A DNA stretch of 40,000 nt from Kosakonia phage Kc263: sequence record MZ348422.1; one strand, given 5' to 3'. Below the pieces are notes generated by a model. The model saw only the letters and a list, made by a program, of their open reading frames with translations. It was not told where the DNA came from and searched no databases. Positions 25,045 to 34,147 of this stretch are shown here, piece after piece; the first letter of the stretch is position 1, and every line of letters begins with the position of its first letter. Made by a program: the position numbers and the translations under genes.

Positions 25045-26001
25045 TTACATCATGCCGTCAGAATCAGCGGCGGCGCCGAATGGGTTTTTCGTCTTGTTAC
25101 GGAAAGTGCCCGACAGTTCATCTTCTTTGATGTTCTTGTTTTCGACCATTTCTTCGATCCCTTTCAGGGTGTCGCCATGATCGAGAACAGCGTGGATGCT
25201 GTGACTGATGCCGTGGAAGCTAGTGCCGAATACACCGGCTTTACGGTACAGCATGTTTTCAAACGGAACTTTGATATCGTCACCGTTCGGATACAGGCTG
25301 ATTGCCGCAACTGGGCGACGGCCGTATTTGGACAGATCGCTTTCCGGCAGGAAGGTCAGCTGAGTGAGGATCGGATCTGCATCTACAACGTCATTGTAGA
25401 AGAAGAAGTTCTTCACGTCGGCATAGTCGATACGCTCGTTGTTCAGGTTGAACATCATGATCGTATTGTCAATGCGTGCTGCAGCTTGCGCATTCACTTC
25501 GCCCTGCGTCAGGTCCTTTTTGTTTTCCAGATAGGAGAACAGAACCGAGTTACCCAGGTTAGTCTGGTTGTACAGGGAGCCCAGCGCTTCGATGGTATTT
25601 TTCTGCTCGTTAAAGGTGGTGGTATCACCGATGACGATAGACAGTACCGGGATCTTGCGTTGAAGCATGTAACGGACCAGCCATGGACCGAGACCTGAAC
25701 CAGTACCGCCACCACAGGAGAACACCACGATGTTCATTTTGTTAGGGGTGTATTTGGCCAGGAGTTGTTTGGCGAAGTCAGCGTATTTGTCTTTGTGGGC
25801 TTTACGGTTACCACCGGATCCTTCAGCACCTTCCAGACGTTCCAGCGGGAACAGGCCTTCGGAGATCGGGTTGGCTGCCGAGGAATCGATCCCAACGATG
25901 GTTTCGATGTTGCCGCCATGGCGCGCATCTTTCAGGTAACGGTTTGCGATGTTGATACCTGTGCCGCCAACTGCATAGATGTTAAAGTCTTTTGAGCTCA
26001 T
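25045..26001 (-). CDS. phuZ: Phage tubulin/FtsZ-like protein (spindle)
   Basis: 318 aa; VFSCGGGTGSGLGPWLVRYM tubulin/FtsZ signature, N-terminal IYAVGGTGINIANRYL nucleotide-binding start, negatively charged/short C-terminus. AAGGAAA Shine-Dalgarno. Confidence 0.95.
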   Translation of the reverse strand: MSSKDFNIYAVGGTGINIANRYLKDARHGGNIETIVGIDSSAANPISEGLFPLERLEGAEGSGGNRKAHKDKYADFAKQLLAKYTPNKMNIVVFSCGGGTGSGLGPWLVRYMLQRKIPVLSIVIGDTTTFNEQKNTIEALGSLYNQTNLGNSVLFSYLENKKDLTQGEVNAQAAARIDNTIMMFNLNNERIDYADVKNFFFYNDVVDADPILTQLTFLPESDLSKYGRRPVAAISLYPNGDDIKVPFENMLYRKAGVFGTSFHGISHSIHAVLDHGDTLKGIEEMVENKNIKEDELSGTFRNKTKNPFGAAADSDGMM

Positions 26002-26137
26002 TACTATGTTTCCTTCATGGGTGAGTTTGATTCTGATTGTCCGTAAAGCCTTAAATCGTGTTATAAGGCATTTACGTCTCTAAATGATAGTTGTACCAGT
26101 AATAGTTAAATAAATCGCTCTGAAGCGTTTATAGAAG

Positions 26138-26539
26138 CTATTGGAGCATCTGACACAGAATGTTCTCTGCATCATCGCTGATGTGTTGGAAAATACCGTC
26201 TTGCAGTTCCTGCTGGTCATGCGCCAGAATGGGAACGTCGAATTCGATTCCCGCCCCGATTGGTGTGGCGATGAAATGATACCCGCCTGCTTCATTAGGG
26301 ATATCGTTTCCGAAGAACGCCGCCTGAAGTTTTACCAGGAACTGCCCTGGACCTGCTTCATCGACCGGATAGGCCACAATCATGATACGCAGATTCAGAT
26401 CGCCTTCAGTGATATGGAAACCGAAGCCTTGCATGTCTTCAATATTCCACCAGTTGGGAACGAGTTTCCCTTTGTTCTCTTCACAAATTTCACGAAGCTT
26501 GTGAACAGCAAACTGGATGATGTTGTTAGTTTGATTCAT
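26138..26539 (-). CDS. Hypothetical protein, 133 aa
   Basis: ORF with TAGAGGA 5 nt upstream of ATG. Confidence 0.6.
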   Translation of the reverse strand: MNQTNNIIQFAVHKLREICEENKGKLVPNWWNIEDMQGFGFHITEGDLNLRIMIVAYPVDEAGPGQFLVKLQAAFFGNDIPNEAGGYHFIATPIGAGIEFDVPILAHDQQELQDGIFQHISDDAENILCQMLQ

Positions 26540-26900
26540 ACATATCCTCTACTTTTTGGATCTTCTCTGCGAGTAATGGAGCAATGTGTGCTTTGATCAA
26601 TTCGACAATATTTTTATGCGGAATTGCCAAGCTCTTTTTAAAGAAGGTGATGGATTCACGTTCTCGTACTTTCAAATGACTGATACCAACAAAGACATTT
26701 TTATCGGTACGATTAAGATCGATGTCGACTCGGCAAAGCAGACACTCTTTCTTACTGGTCATGTAACGAAAGCTCACAAAAAGGTTTTTGCGATCACCGG
26801 GGTTTAACACCTTGATGAAGTAAACATTCTTGTAAGGTTTCTGTTCTTCTTTGAGAGCCGCATTCAGCAAGATCTCATTTACGAGTTCGATTAAACTCAT
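26526..26900 (-). CDS. Hypothetical protein, 124 aa
   Basis: ORF with AAAGGAGG Shine-Dalgarno. Confidence 0.6.
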   Translation of the reverse strand: MSLIELVNEILLNAALKEEQKPYKNVYFIKVLNPGDRKNLFVSFRYMTSKKECLLCRVDIDLNRTDKNVFVGISHLKVRERESITFFKKSLAIPHKNIVELIKAHIAPLLAEKIQKVEDMYESN

Positions 26901-27321
26901 TGCGCCCTCCTTTATTATGTTCCTCTATAGCCTTAACGAGGCGAGGGTTAGCATCAACAACGAGTCTGACCATGGCATCTATTTCAGAAACGGTCAAATA
27001 CTGCTCATCATTTATTACGCACGGTGATCGAACTCCGCAATATCGAAAATCAATACCTTTAGTATGTTTAATGATATCAAGAATATCCACCGGCTCTCTT
27101 ACTAATGGAGTCATCACAGCCAATGTATAATAATGTTGAACAGTTTCTGCTTGATCAGTAATCGGCAGTTTAGAGACATACACGAAGAAGTTTGGAAAAG
27201 TCTGATGAGAATATCCTTCAGGCTTATCGTAGTCGTGATAGTCTTTTGAGTAGATTGATTTGATTACCATTGAGATAACACGTTGAATCGTACCCACTGC
27301 CATATCCATGTTTGTACTCAT
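26875..27321 (-). CDS. Hypothetical protein, 148 aa
   Basis: ORF with TAGAGG Shine-Dalgarno, preceded by an ATATTAT-type motif. Confidence 0.6.
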   Translation of the reverse strand: MSTNMDMAVGTIQRVISMVIKSIYSKDYHDYDKPEGYSHQTFPNFFVYVSKLPITDQAETVQHYYTLAVMTPLVREPVDILDIIKHTKGIDFRYCGVRSPCVINDEQYLTVSEIDAMVRLVVDANPRLVKAIEEHNKGGRNEFNRTRK

Positions 27322-27405
27322 TGTTAAAACCTCTATGGTATATGCAAGACGATAATATTTGTCTAAAAAATAATAACCCTGTAAAAAATAAAAGAAGAAT
27401 AACCA

Positions 27406-27434
27406 CTCTAGCTACTCGTTGTGAGTAGCTAGAG
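27406..27434 (-). terminator. Rho-independent terminator of the 613-aa gene
   Basis: CTCTAGCTACTC-GTTGT-GAGTAGCTAGAG, 12 bp, T-rich downstream on the minus strand. Confidence 0.8.
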
Positions 27435-27443
27435 CTAATTATG

Positions 27444-29282
27444 TTATTGCTTGTTAGGGTGAATGGTCGCGTACATAAAGACAGCGGCATGCACGGCTTG
27501 ATCAACGTTACCAGTCGTTGCCAGGGTTTCTTTGTAATTATCGAATATACGCAACGCGTTTTCCAACGAGTTGGTTGTTTCGGTAAATAACGTTTGTGCA
27601 TTTACTGGGGCGTTTGAGTTCAAACGCTGATGACTTATCTGAATGGCAAGATTACCTGCCATTTCATTATACACCAGATAATGTTCCAACCCGCAGGCAG
27701 TGAAAGTGATAAGATGACGGTAACCGGAAACTTCGACTTTCGGTTTAGGTGCAAACATCTGTGTCAGCTGATTCACCAGCGGATCATTTTTGGGTCCGCG
27801 GATCTCGACCGTTTGACCGCTCGGCAGCTGTAATTGACGAACCTCAATAGCCGGTTGAGTCAAAATAGAGTGGCCGGTATAATGATTCGCCAACGGATTA
27901 ACCCCCGCTACCGGATTTTGAATGTTTCCGTAATCAAGTTTGGCAAAAGTTGGCTTTACGAAATTTTCGTACAACTGATCAACCAGCTTGTCAACAATTT
28001 CTTTTCTCTCGCCGGACATGGCATTGTCAGCAAACCACGACGGGCTGCGTTCTTTGAGCACATCAACAAAAATGGATTTCATGAAATCTTCTTGCGGGGT
28101 CATTTCGTTTTCCTTTTCTTCAGGTTCAGCATTGGTATACCAGCCGGCATGATTTTTATCCCACGGTTGGGCAACGTGATCACGAGTCGCGTGACCGTAT
28201 ACGCTTTGGTGAGCTTGGATTTCTTTAATGCGGTCATCAACGTCACCTTTACGAATACGTTCCAGTACCCAGTTGCTCACTTTCTTTCTGAGCATTTTGA
28301 TTCCATTAGCCGTCAAGGTATAATCAAGGTTATGCTCGATAAGATGAAGCATAGGAACTTGGATATCACCCTTTAAATGATCCCAGTAGTTTGTTTTGAG
28401 GTTCTTTATAATTTCAAGACGAATTGGAGAAGTCTCAATCATTTCCCAAATCTGCTGGCATTTCTGATCGTTATTCAGCGCATTATACTCGATCACCGCT
28501 TTAATCAGACCTAATGCTTCAGCTAGTGTAGTGGCCGGAGGGAGTTCAAGGGCAGTATAGGTGTTAATGTGTGTAGTGCCAGGTGATGAAGTAGCCGGAC
28601 GCGTAGAGTGCATGTTCTTCATGTTCTCATGCATTTTCTTAGTTCCTTGAGCAGAGCGAATTTTAGCATCGCGAACTTTGTTGAATTCGAGCTTGATCGT
28701 ATTGTAACGTTTGCCCAGATCGTCTTCAATAAGTAACGCTTTGAAATACTCGTCACCCCAGATACGTTTGATAATATCTGACTGTTGAGCGGTGAAGTCA
28801 CGCAGTATCGCATGGAACTGCATTTCAGCCTGATTAGCTTTCCATGGTTCGTTATTAGCGATCGCTTTCTTGAACTTTTCCCAACGGTGTTGTGCACCGT
28901 CGATCACATTTTTAGTGTTAGCAAACTTAACACCAGCGCTCTTCACACCTTGTACGTCTAAGATGGAAACACCTTTTAAAGCCTCGATCCTTGCAAGGAT
29001 GTAGGTCGCCCATTTCGCGATTTCTTCTGCGATGGGGAATTTAAACAACTCTTTACAAATGTCGATCAACATTCCACCTTGACGTAAGTTGATAACTTTG
29101 TCAATGACATTGCCGTATTCAGAAGTATCGACCGTTTGGATAATGCCGGTTTCAACCATGTCAAAGTTATTTAAAATGCGCTCTGCCAGATTAGGCGTTT
29201 TACCGCCGTAATTTTCGAAATTGGTCAGAGCCGGGCAATCGACGATTGCATTTACCAACTGCGCTTTAATTTCATTATTCAT
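27444..29282 (-). CDS. Large hypothetical protein, about 612 aa
   Basis: Long ORF; start taken at MNNEIKAQ with AAAGGAAG upstream. Confidence 0.7.
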   Translation of the reverse strand: MNNEIKAQLVNAIVDCPALTNFENYGGKTPNLAERILNNFDMVETGIIQTVDTSEYGNVIDKVINLRQGGMLIDICKELFKFPIAEEIAKWATYILARIEALKGVSILDVQGVKSAGVKFANTKNVIDGAQHRWEKFKKAIANNEPWKANQAEMQFHAILRDFTAQQSDIIKRIWGDEYFKALLIEDDLGKRYNTIKLEFNKVRDAKIRSAQGTKKMHENMKNMHSTRPATSSPGTTHINTYTALELPPATTLAEALGLIKAVIEYNALNNDQKCQQIWEMIETSPIRLEIIKNLKTNYWDHLKGDIQVPMLHLIEHNLDYTLTANGIKMLRKKVSNWVLERIRKGDVDDRIKEIQAHQSVYGHATRDHVAQPWDKNHAGWYTNAEPEEKENEMTPQEDFMKSIFVDVLKERSPSWFADNAMSGERKEIVDKLVDQLYENFVKPTFAKLDYGNIQNPVAGVNPLANHYTGHSILTQPAIEVRQLQLPSGQTVEIRGPKNDPLVNQLTQMFAPKPKVEVSGYRHLITFTACGLEHYLVYNEMAGNLAIQISHQRLNSNAPVNAQTLFTETTNSLENALRIFDNYKETLATTGNVDQAVHAAVFMYATIHPNKQ

Positions 29283-29595
29283 TTTCATCTTCCTTTACAT
29301 AAGTTACGAAACCGTTATCATCAATTTCAATGCCGGAGATCACTCGGGCTTCTCTGAGAATTTGGATAACGTTCAGCATTTTTCTGGGAACCCCTCGAAC
29401 CACGTAATACGGATAACCTTGTTGCAGGTTATACTCGAACATGAAATCAAGGAGGCGTTTAACTCGGCCATCCTGAACCTGGAAATAACGGTTCGGTTTC
29501 TTTTCCAGTGAAACAACATAATCGCTACCCCCGGCTAAGAGGGTAACGTTATACGGCCACGGTTTCACAAAAGAGTTGACGTCGGTCAGCTCCAT
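29275..29595 (-). CDS. Hypothetical protein, about 106 aa
   Basis: Start reassigned to MELTDVNSF (GGAGA upstream); overlaps neighbours. Confidence 0.55.
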   Translation of the reverse strand: MELTDVNSFVKPWPYNVTLLAGGSDYVVSLEKKPNRYFQVQDGRVKRLLDFMFEYNLQQGYPYYVVRGVPRKMLNVIQILREARVISGIEIDDNGFVTYVKEDENE

Positions 29596-30104
29596 TACCA
29601 CATCTCTCCGTTTCGGCATTTGTTCATCAGAAACTCAGTACGTCTTGCAGAGTTCTTGATCGGATTGCCTTCATTGATGAAGCAGTGGGAAATATGCAGC
29701 TTGTTGCTGTCGGTAAAGACATGTTTAAAATCGTCCACCGAACTGTGTGCAAAATGACACTCTTCCACACCCAGCACTTGTACGTTACGCAATGAAGAGT
29801 TGACGATATACGGATTGATCAGATCTACCTTATGAAGGGTAACCCCGCCTTCAAGGATCGGGGTGTTATTATCCGTAAACGTAATTGTGTTTTCGGTACC
29901 GATGATACGCAGTGACAGGTTATGATTTCCCACCTCTTCGTAGAACCCGTTGGAGAAATCGATCAGGGGATTGAGATCGTTATCGGTCAGGTTATCCATG
30001 TACTCTTCGGTCAGATGTTGTTTAACCGACAGCTTACCGCCTGTCAAATGGTCAGTAATAACACACAGCTGGTTATCGATTACAACGCTATAACGTTTGG
30101 TCAT
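29595..30104 (-). CDS. Hypothetical protein, 169 aa, beta-helix-like C-terminal half; paralog of the next gene
   Basis: TTTAGAGGA Shine-Dalgarno; LHKVDLINPYIVNSSLRNVQVLGVEECHFAHSSV repetitive short beta-strands. Confidence 0.6.
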   Translation of the reverse strand: MTKRYSVVIDNQLCVITDHLTGGKLSVKQHLTEEYMDNLTDNDLNPLIDFSNGFYEEVGNHNLSLRIIGTENTITFTDNNTPILEGGVTLHKVDLINPYIVNSSLRNVQVLGVEECHFAHSSVDDFKHVFTDSNKLHISHCFINEGNPIKNSARRTEFLMNKCRNGEMW

Positions 30105-30115
30105 GCTGAATTCCT

Positions 30116-30565
30116 CTAAACTAAAATGTTGTTAAAATAGACGGCATGGGAAGCATACGGTCTTTGTTTAGGATTGGCTTTAAAGCTGCACTCATTGAAA
30201 GTCAGCTCTCCGAAATGGGAATAGCCGATATGTTCAATGTGTGAATTAATAATGGTTGCCCTGGGAATAAGGCTAACGTAAGACAGACTACTGTTTGTAA
30301 TCTTTGGATCGTGCAGGTGGGAAGACTTTAGTGTCACATCACCGCGCAGATTAAAACCACGGCGTTCTAAAAGTGTAGAGATGCCGTAGAGTTTAAGATC
30401 AAGTTCACCCACATTGATGGCGTGCTCAAGATCATTCATTGCTTCAAAAGCCGGAGAAATGTCAGGCTTATTAAATGGTTTAAATTTGATACGCAACGAC
30501 CCGTTTGTTTCGAGGTCATTTATAATCAAAATACCACGTTCTATAACAAAGGCGAGTCGTTGCAT
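30116..30565 (-). CDS. Hypothetical protein, 149 aa, beta-helix-like; paralog of 29595-30104
   Basis: AGGAG Shine-Dalgarno; DVTLKSSHLHDPKITNSSLSYVSLIPRATIINSHIEHIG. Confidence 0.6.
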   Translation of the reverse strand: MQRLAFVIERGILIINDLETNGSLRIKFKPFNKPDISPAFEAMNDLEHAINVGELDLKLYGISTLLERRGFNLRGDVTLKSSHLHDPKITNSSLSYVSLIPRATIINSHIEHIGYSHFGELTFNECSFKANPKQRPYASHAVYFNNILV

Positions 30566-30572
30566 AATTCAG

Positions 30573-30818
30573 TTACTCCTGATCAACGTAATACTGCTTG
30601 CGACGTGTATCTGCAAAAGGTTCACCAAACACAGCACGAGCATTAGAACACATCCAGCACCCACATGCTTTTGGTGTCGCCGCCACTTTTCCGATAATTA
30701 ACTTATCAGTTTGTTGACGGTACCCAAAAGGATTCCAGGTACAAGCATTCCAATAGCGCGACACTTTGGTTTTCTTGACTTGCAGTTTGTGACGACGATA
30801 AGCACGAGTACGGGTCAT
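30573..30818 (-). CDS. Small basic Cys-rich conserved protein (CGCWMC), 81 aa
   Basis: ATPKACGCWMCSNARAVFGEP: resembles a widespread small phage/bacterial hypothetical family with a CxCxxC-x-NPRK motif. Confidence 0.6.
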   Translation of the reverse strand: MTRTRAYRRHKLQVKKTKVSRYWNACTWNPFGYRQQTDKLIIGKVAATPKACGCWMCSNARAVFGEPFADTRRKQYYVDQE

Positions 30819-30905
30819 AATTAAGTTCCGAGAGATGTGGGGAGCAACCCTATGTTGCTCCCTTAAGTGGGATCTCGGAATGGCGATGGTGTCGCTGTTT
30901 GGTCA

Positions 30906-31217
30906 TTACGCGGCAACCTGAGTTTTGGTCAGCAGTTTGTAACGGTAAGCCGGATCGACTTTATGAACAGGAATGAAATCATCCCCGTGACGCTTCAAGT
31001 TGATCTTGTCAACCAGCACGTCATTGATCTTCAGATGGACCACCACGCGATTACGGGCTGCGTTGAATCCCCACAACTGAGTTTCAATGTCTGCGCCGTT
31101 GGAGTGAAACTTTACTTCTGATCCCAGCTTGGAATCGGCCAGCAGTTTTGTTGCACGGTTAACCACCTGCATAATGGCCGGTGAGGTAACAGTTGAATTC
31201 AGTTTCTTAGCACACAT
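30906..31217 (-). CDS. Hypothetical protein, about 103 aa
   Basis: Start reassigned to MCAKKLNSTVTS to reduce overlap with the upstream ORF. Confidence 0.5.
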   Translation of the reverse strand: MCAKKLNSTVTSPAIMQVVNRATKLLADSKLGSEVKFHSNGADIETQLWGFNAARNRVVVHLKINDVLVDKINLKRHGDDFIPVHKVDPAYRYKLLTKTQVAA

Positions 31218-31230
31218 GTTAATACCCAAA

Positions 31231-31908
31231 TCAGTTAAGAGTTTTAGACCACGAACCTTGCCAAATCTTTTCCAACGCCAGCAACTTGACAATCAAATCA
31301 TCCAGATGGCGCAGGAAAATAGCCTTGTACGGGTTCTTAGGATTTTCCGGAGTGAGTTTATCGTGGTGTTCTACGTGATAAAGCACATCACCAGGCTCAT
31401 TGATAAAACTGAGCATGTATCCGTACTCAGTGTAATTAATGTGCAGGCGCCCGTCGATATGATCAACAATGTAATCGAACCCTTCCACTTGAGCGAACGC
31501 ATGAACCCGCTCACGCATTCCGTCTTCGCTGTACCAGCGGCGAGCCATGTTGGCTACAACACAGCCAATGAAGTCAGTAGTGATGCGATTATGCAGCTCG
31601 TCGTCCAAAGGGGTTTCTTTTTCAAAGTCAGAAAGCTGAACCCCAAATACATAAGGACGACCATGAAGGAAAGTAGTAGCCGTGACAACGGTCGGATCGT
31701 TTTGCGGAATCTGATCCAGTAACGGCACAATACCTGACGTTTTAAAGATGAAATCAAACGAAGTACCGTCCACACTGAAACTTTCTTTGAAATCCACTTC
31801 TCGCCAGTTGGGCACAGAGAGCATACGTTTACAGACATCACCAACCAGCGTTTTAAACTCCGGTTCCAGAGACCACACTTGATCAAGGGTATAATTTAAT
31901 TTGCTCAT
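31231..31908 (-). CDS. Hypothetical protein, 225 aa
   Basis: ORF with AAAGGAAG Shine-Dalgarno. Confidence 0.6.
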   Translation of the reverse strand: MSKLNYTLDQVWSLEPEFKTLVGDVCKRMLSVPNWREVDFKESFSVDGTSFDFIFKTSGIVPLLDQIPQNDPTVVTATTFLHGRPYVFGVQLSDFEKETPLDDELHNRITTDFIGCVVANMARRWYSEDGMRERVHAFAQVEGFDYIVDHIDGRLHINYTEYGYMLSFINEPGDVLYHVEHHDKLTPENPKNPYKAIFLRHLDDLIVKLLALEKIWQGSWSKTLN

Positions 31909-32225
31909 TTCACTTCCTTTATCCGTAAGGTCATAAATGCTTGGGTGAGATCAGCAACCAACTGATCATCAACTTGGTTATTTGCTAACGCCGTACCAGG
32001 CAAAATAAAGACATCAATCTTTTTACCGTTAATGTCGCCTGTGATTTCTATCCGGTCGTCGTTATAAAGAGGAAGCAGTCCGGTACTGTACAGCGCAATG
32101 GTATAATGGGAATCCAACGCGCCCTTTCTAAAGAACGCACGCTCGGTTTCACCTGACACCACTTTGCCTAATACAATCCCAACGAACTTAGACACCCTCT
32201 CCTTGTGCTTCTTCGGTAGCGCCAC
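31905..32225 (-). CDS. Hypothetical protein, 106 aa
   Basis: GTG start with AGGAGA upstream; 4-nt overlap with the next gene. Confidence 0.55.
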   Translation of the reverse strand: MALPKKHKERVSKFVGIVLGKVVSGETERAFFRKGALDSHYTIALYSTGLLPLYNDDRIEITGDINGKKIDVFILPGTALANNQVDDQLVADLTQAFMTLRIKEVK

Positions 32226-32811
32226 TGTACTCTCCTAACGAAACTACCCGTCCACTTGCAAGATCAGCCAAAATGTAATCCCCAAGAAGATGCCAGATGC
32301 GATTCTCCAGCACACTGGCAGGAGTGGTGTTCTCAAAACTGATAGAAAGTTCTGTATTCACCGCTTCTTCTAAGGCATAGACGGGACGATTCGGATTGCC
32401 TATTTCCTGAACCAGTAAGACCTGGCTGTCCAAATCACGATGGTATTTAATCTCAATACCAAACGGCGATTCAAAGTTGGTCCAGATACTGAACCCTGCC
32501 AGCATATCGGTAATACCGTTTTCTAATCCCAACCGTTTATGAATAAGTTTGGTTAACGTCACCGCAATAACTTTATTGCCCAGATCAGGGTTATCGAGTT
32601 CATATGGCTCGAGTGGAACGACATCGTCATCCAGCTTAAACCACACGCTGTTGTTATAGTCACTTGAACGACACGTGATCCGGATACCGGGAAGCAGTTC
32701 TTGTTCGACAATATCAGAACCTTTCATAACCTTAGCTTGTTCAGCAAGGGAAATGAATGCCGAGCGGATCTGATTAATCAAATCAGAATTCAGTCTTACA
32801 AATGTACTCAT
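32188..32811 (-). CDS. Hypothetical protein, 207 aa
   Basis: Contiguous ORF with GAAGGTG upstream. Confidence 0.6.
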   Translation of the reverse strand: MSTFVRLNSDLINQIRSAFISLAEQAKVMKGSDIVEQELLPGIRITCRSSDYNNSVWFKLDDDVVPLEPYELDNPDLGNKVIAVTLTKLIHKRLGLENGITDMLAGFSIWTNFESPFGIEIKYHRDLDSQVLLVQEIGNPNRPVYALEEAVNTELSISFENTTPASVLENRIWHLLGDYILADLASGRVVSLGEYSGATEEAQGEGV

Positions 32812-33380
32812 TAATACACCTTCAGTTCAAATGGAGTAAAAGTATTGGTTACCATATCTTTCGCAATGGCGCGGCTAATATGAAGCATAGCACTGCCAAA
32901 AGCACGGCAATCTTCTAACACGACATCTTCAAGCTTGTCACCGTTCAGGTTGATGACTGAGCAGTTGCCATTAACAATGAGCAAGCGATGGCCGGTCGCC
33001 AGCGTTGCCGAGAATTCTTCACCAGTAGGATGATCAACGGCACACAGTACATCGTAGTACGTGTCCCCTTTGTGGTCTGCAAATCCAAACATGGCCTTTG
33101 TAATTTTGGCAGCTACTTCATCTGCTTCTGGATAATCTTTTTCATTTAAAGGGTAAAAAGCAGGATCGATATAACCGGCCGTTTTAACCACGGTGTATCC
33201 AGCAACTTTACCCGTGGCGATATACGTCTCGTCATCTGCTTTAATTTCAACCGAAACAGGAACACTATCTACCAATAAAATTTCGTGTTCGCCCGCTGTG
33301 GCATTTTGATCAATAGTTTTAAGGAAAGAAGAAATGGCGATAGCTGCTTTTTCAACGATGTTTTTAGTAATAGTTGTCAT
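32811..33380 (-). CDS. Hypothetical protein, about 189 aa
   Basis: Start reassigned to MTTITKNIVEKA (TTAGAGGG upstream). Confidence 0.6.
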   Translation of the reverse strand: MTTITKNIVEKAAIAISSFLKTIDQNATAGEHEILLVDSVPVSVEIKADDETYIATGKVAGYTVVKTAGYIDPAFYPLNEKDYPEADEVAAKITKAMFGFADHKGDTYYDVLCAVDHPTGEEFSATLATGHRLLIVNGNCSVINLNGDKLEDVVLEDCRAFGSAMLHISRAIAKDMVTNTFTPFELKVY

Positions 33381-33469
33381 GGTAAACCCTCTAAGGTAAA
33401 TTAAGTTATTGTTACTTCCCCTTAATGATGTAGGCTTGAATTTTAATCCAAATAAAAACACAGAAAGAA

Positions 33470-33493
33470 CCCTACCTCCATCTGGAGGTAGGG
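33470..33493 (-). terminator. Terminator-like hairpin just downstream of the 206-aa gene
   Basis: CCCTACCTCCATCTGGAGGTAGGG, followed on the minus strand by TTCTTTCTGTGTTTTTATTT. Confidence 0.75.
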
Positions 33494-33499
33494 GATCTA

Positions 33500-34120
33500 T
33501 TATGCTTTCAGAAAAGCAGCTTTGATATAGCTTGCCATTTTAGTGGCAATGGCGGCTGCCGTTGACGGAGTGTTTAAGGCATTGAATTTATCGTACAGGA
33601 TAAAGACCACTTTATCATCGGCGCTAATGGTGGCATCGAAATAGATGTCATTTTCCTGGGCACCGTCAAACGGATGAGTAAACTGCAAATCGAGTTTAAC
33701 CCCGGACATGCCGTCCACAGTAACATCTTTCATGTTGGTAAATGCTGAACAGATGTTACTGGCCAGACCGAGACGCTTAATGTAGTTGTTCAGCATGGCG
33801 TCTTGAAGAATGATCCAGTCTTGTTCGAAGGTGTCTTTGAACAGAGCTTTCATTTCGCTAATGGTTTCTGCCTGCGGAATGGCGATCTTTCCAATCAGAC
33901 CGTCCATGTACGTAACGTAGGCAAAAATGTACGGTTTCACTGACGGCGTTTCCAATCCTGCCTGCTGGCTAGTACCAGGTAAACCGCTGCGAATAAAGTC
34001 AACGAGAATCGTTGACTGGTTGTGATAACCGATGACGAAACGAATGTTCTCACCGATTGTCGGCTCAATGAGGTTATAGAGGGTGTCATGAATTTCATTG
34101 AGGGCTTCTTTGTTAAACAT
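33500..34120 (-). CDS. Hypothetical protein, 206 aa
   Basis: ORF with TGGAG Shine-Dalgarno. Confidence 0.6.
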   Translation of the reverse strand: MFNKEALNEIHDTLYNLIEPTIGENIRFVIGYHNQSTILVDFIRSGLPGTSQQAGLETPSVKPYIFAYVTYMDGLIGKIAIPQAETISEMKALFKDTFEQDWIILQDAMLNNYIKRLGLASNICSAFTNMKDVTVDGMSGVKLDLQFTHPFDGAQENDIYFDATISADDKVVFILYDKFNALNTPSTAAAIATKMASYIKAAFLKA

Positions 34121-34147
34121 ACTTTACTCCATTGGGGTGGGTGAGTG

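Noticed and set aside
24976-25698. 240-aa plus-strand ORF antisense to phuZ
   Set aside because: Complement of the PhuZ coding frame; no independent RBS or promoter evidence.
27406-27434. Hairpin repeats (with 4011, 19730, 33470, 36894) considered as CRISPR or mobile-element ends
   Set aside because: The stems differ in sequence and sit at gene ends; there is no regular spacing or spacer structure, so they are terminators or regulatory hairpins.
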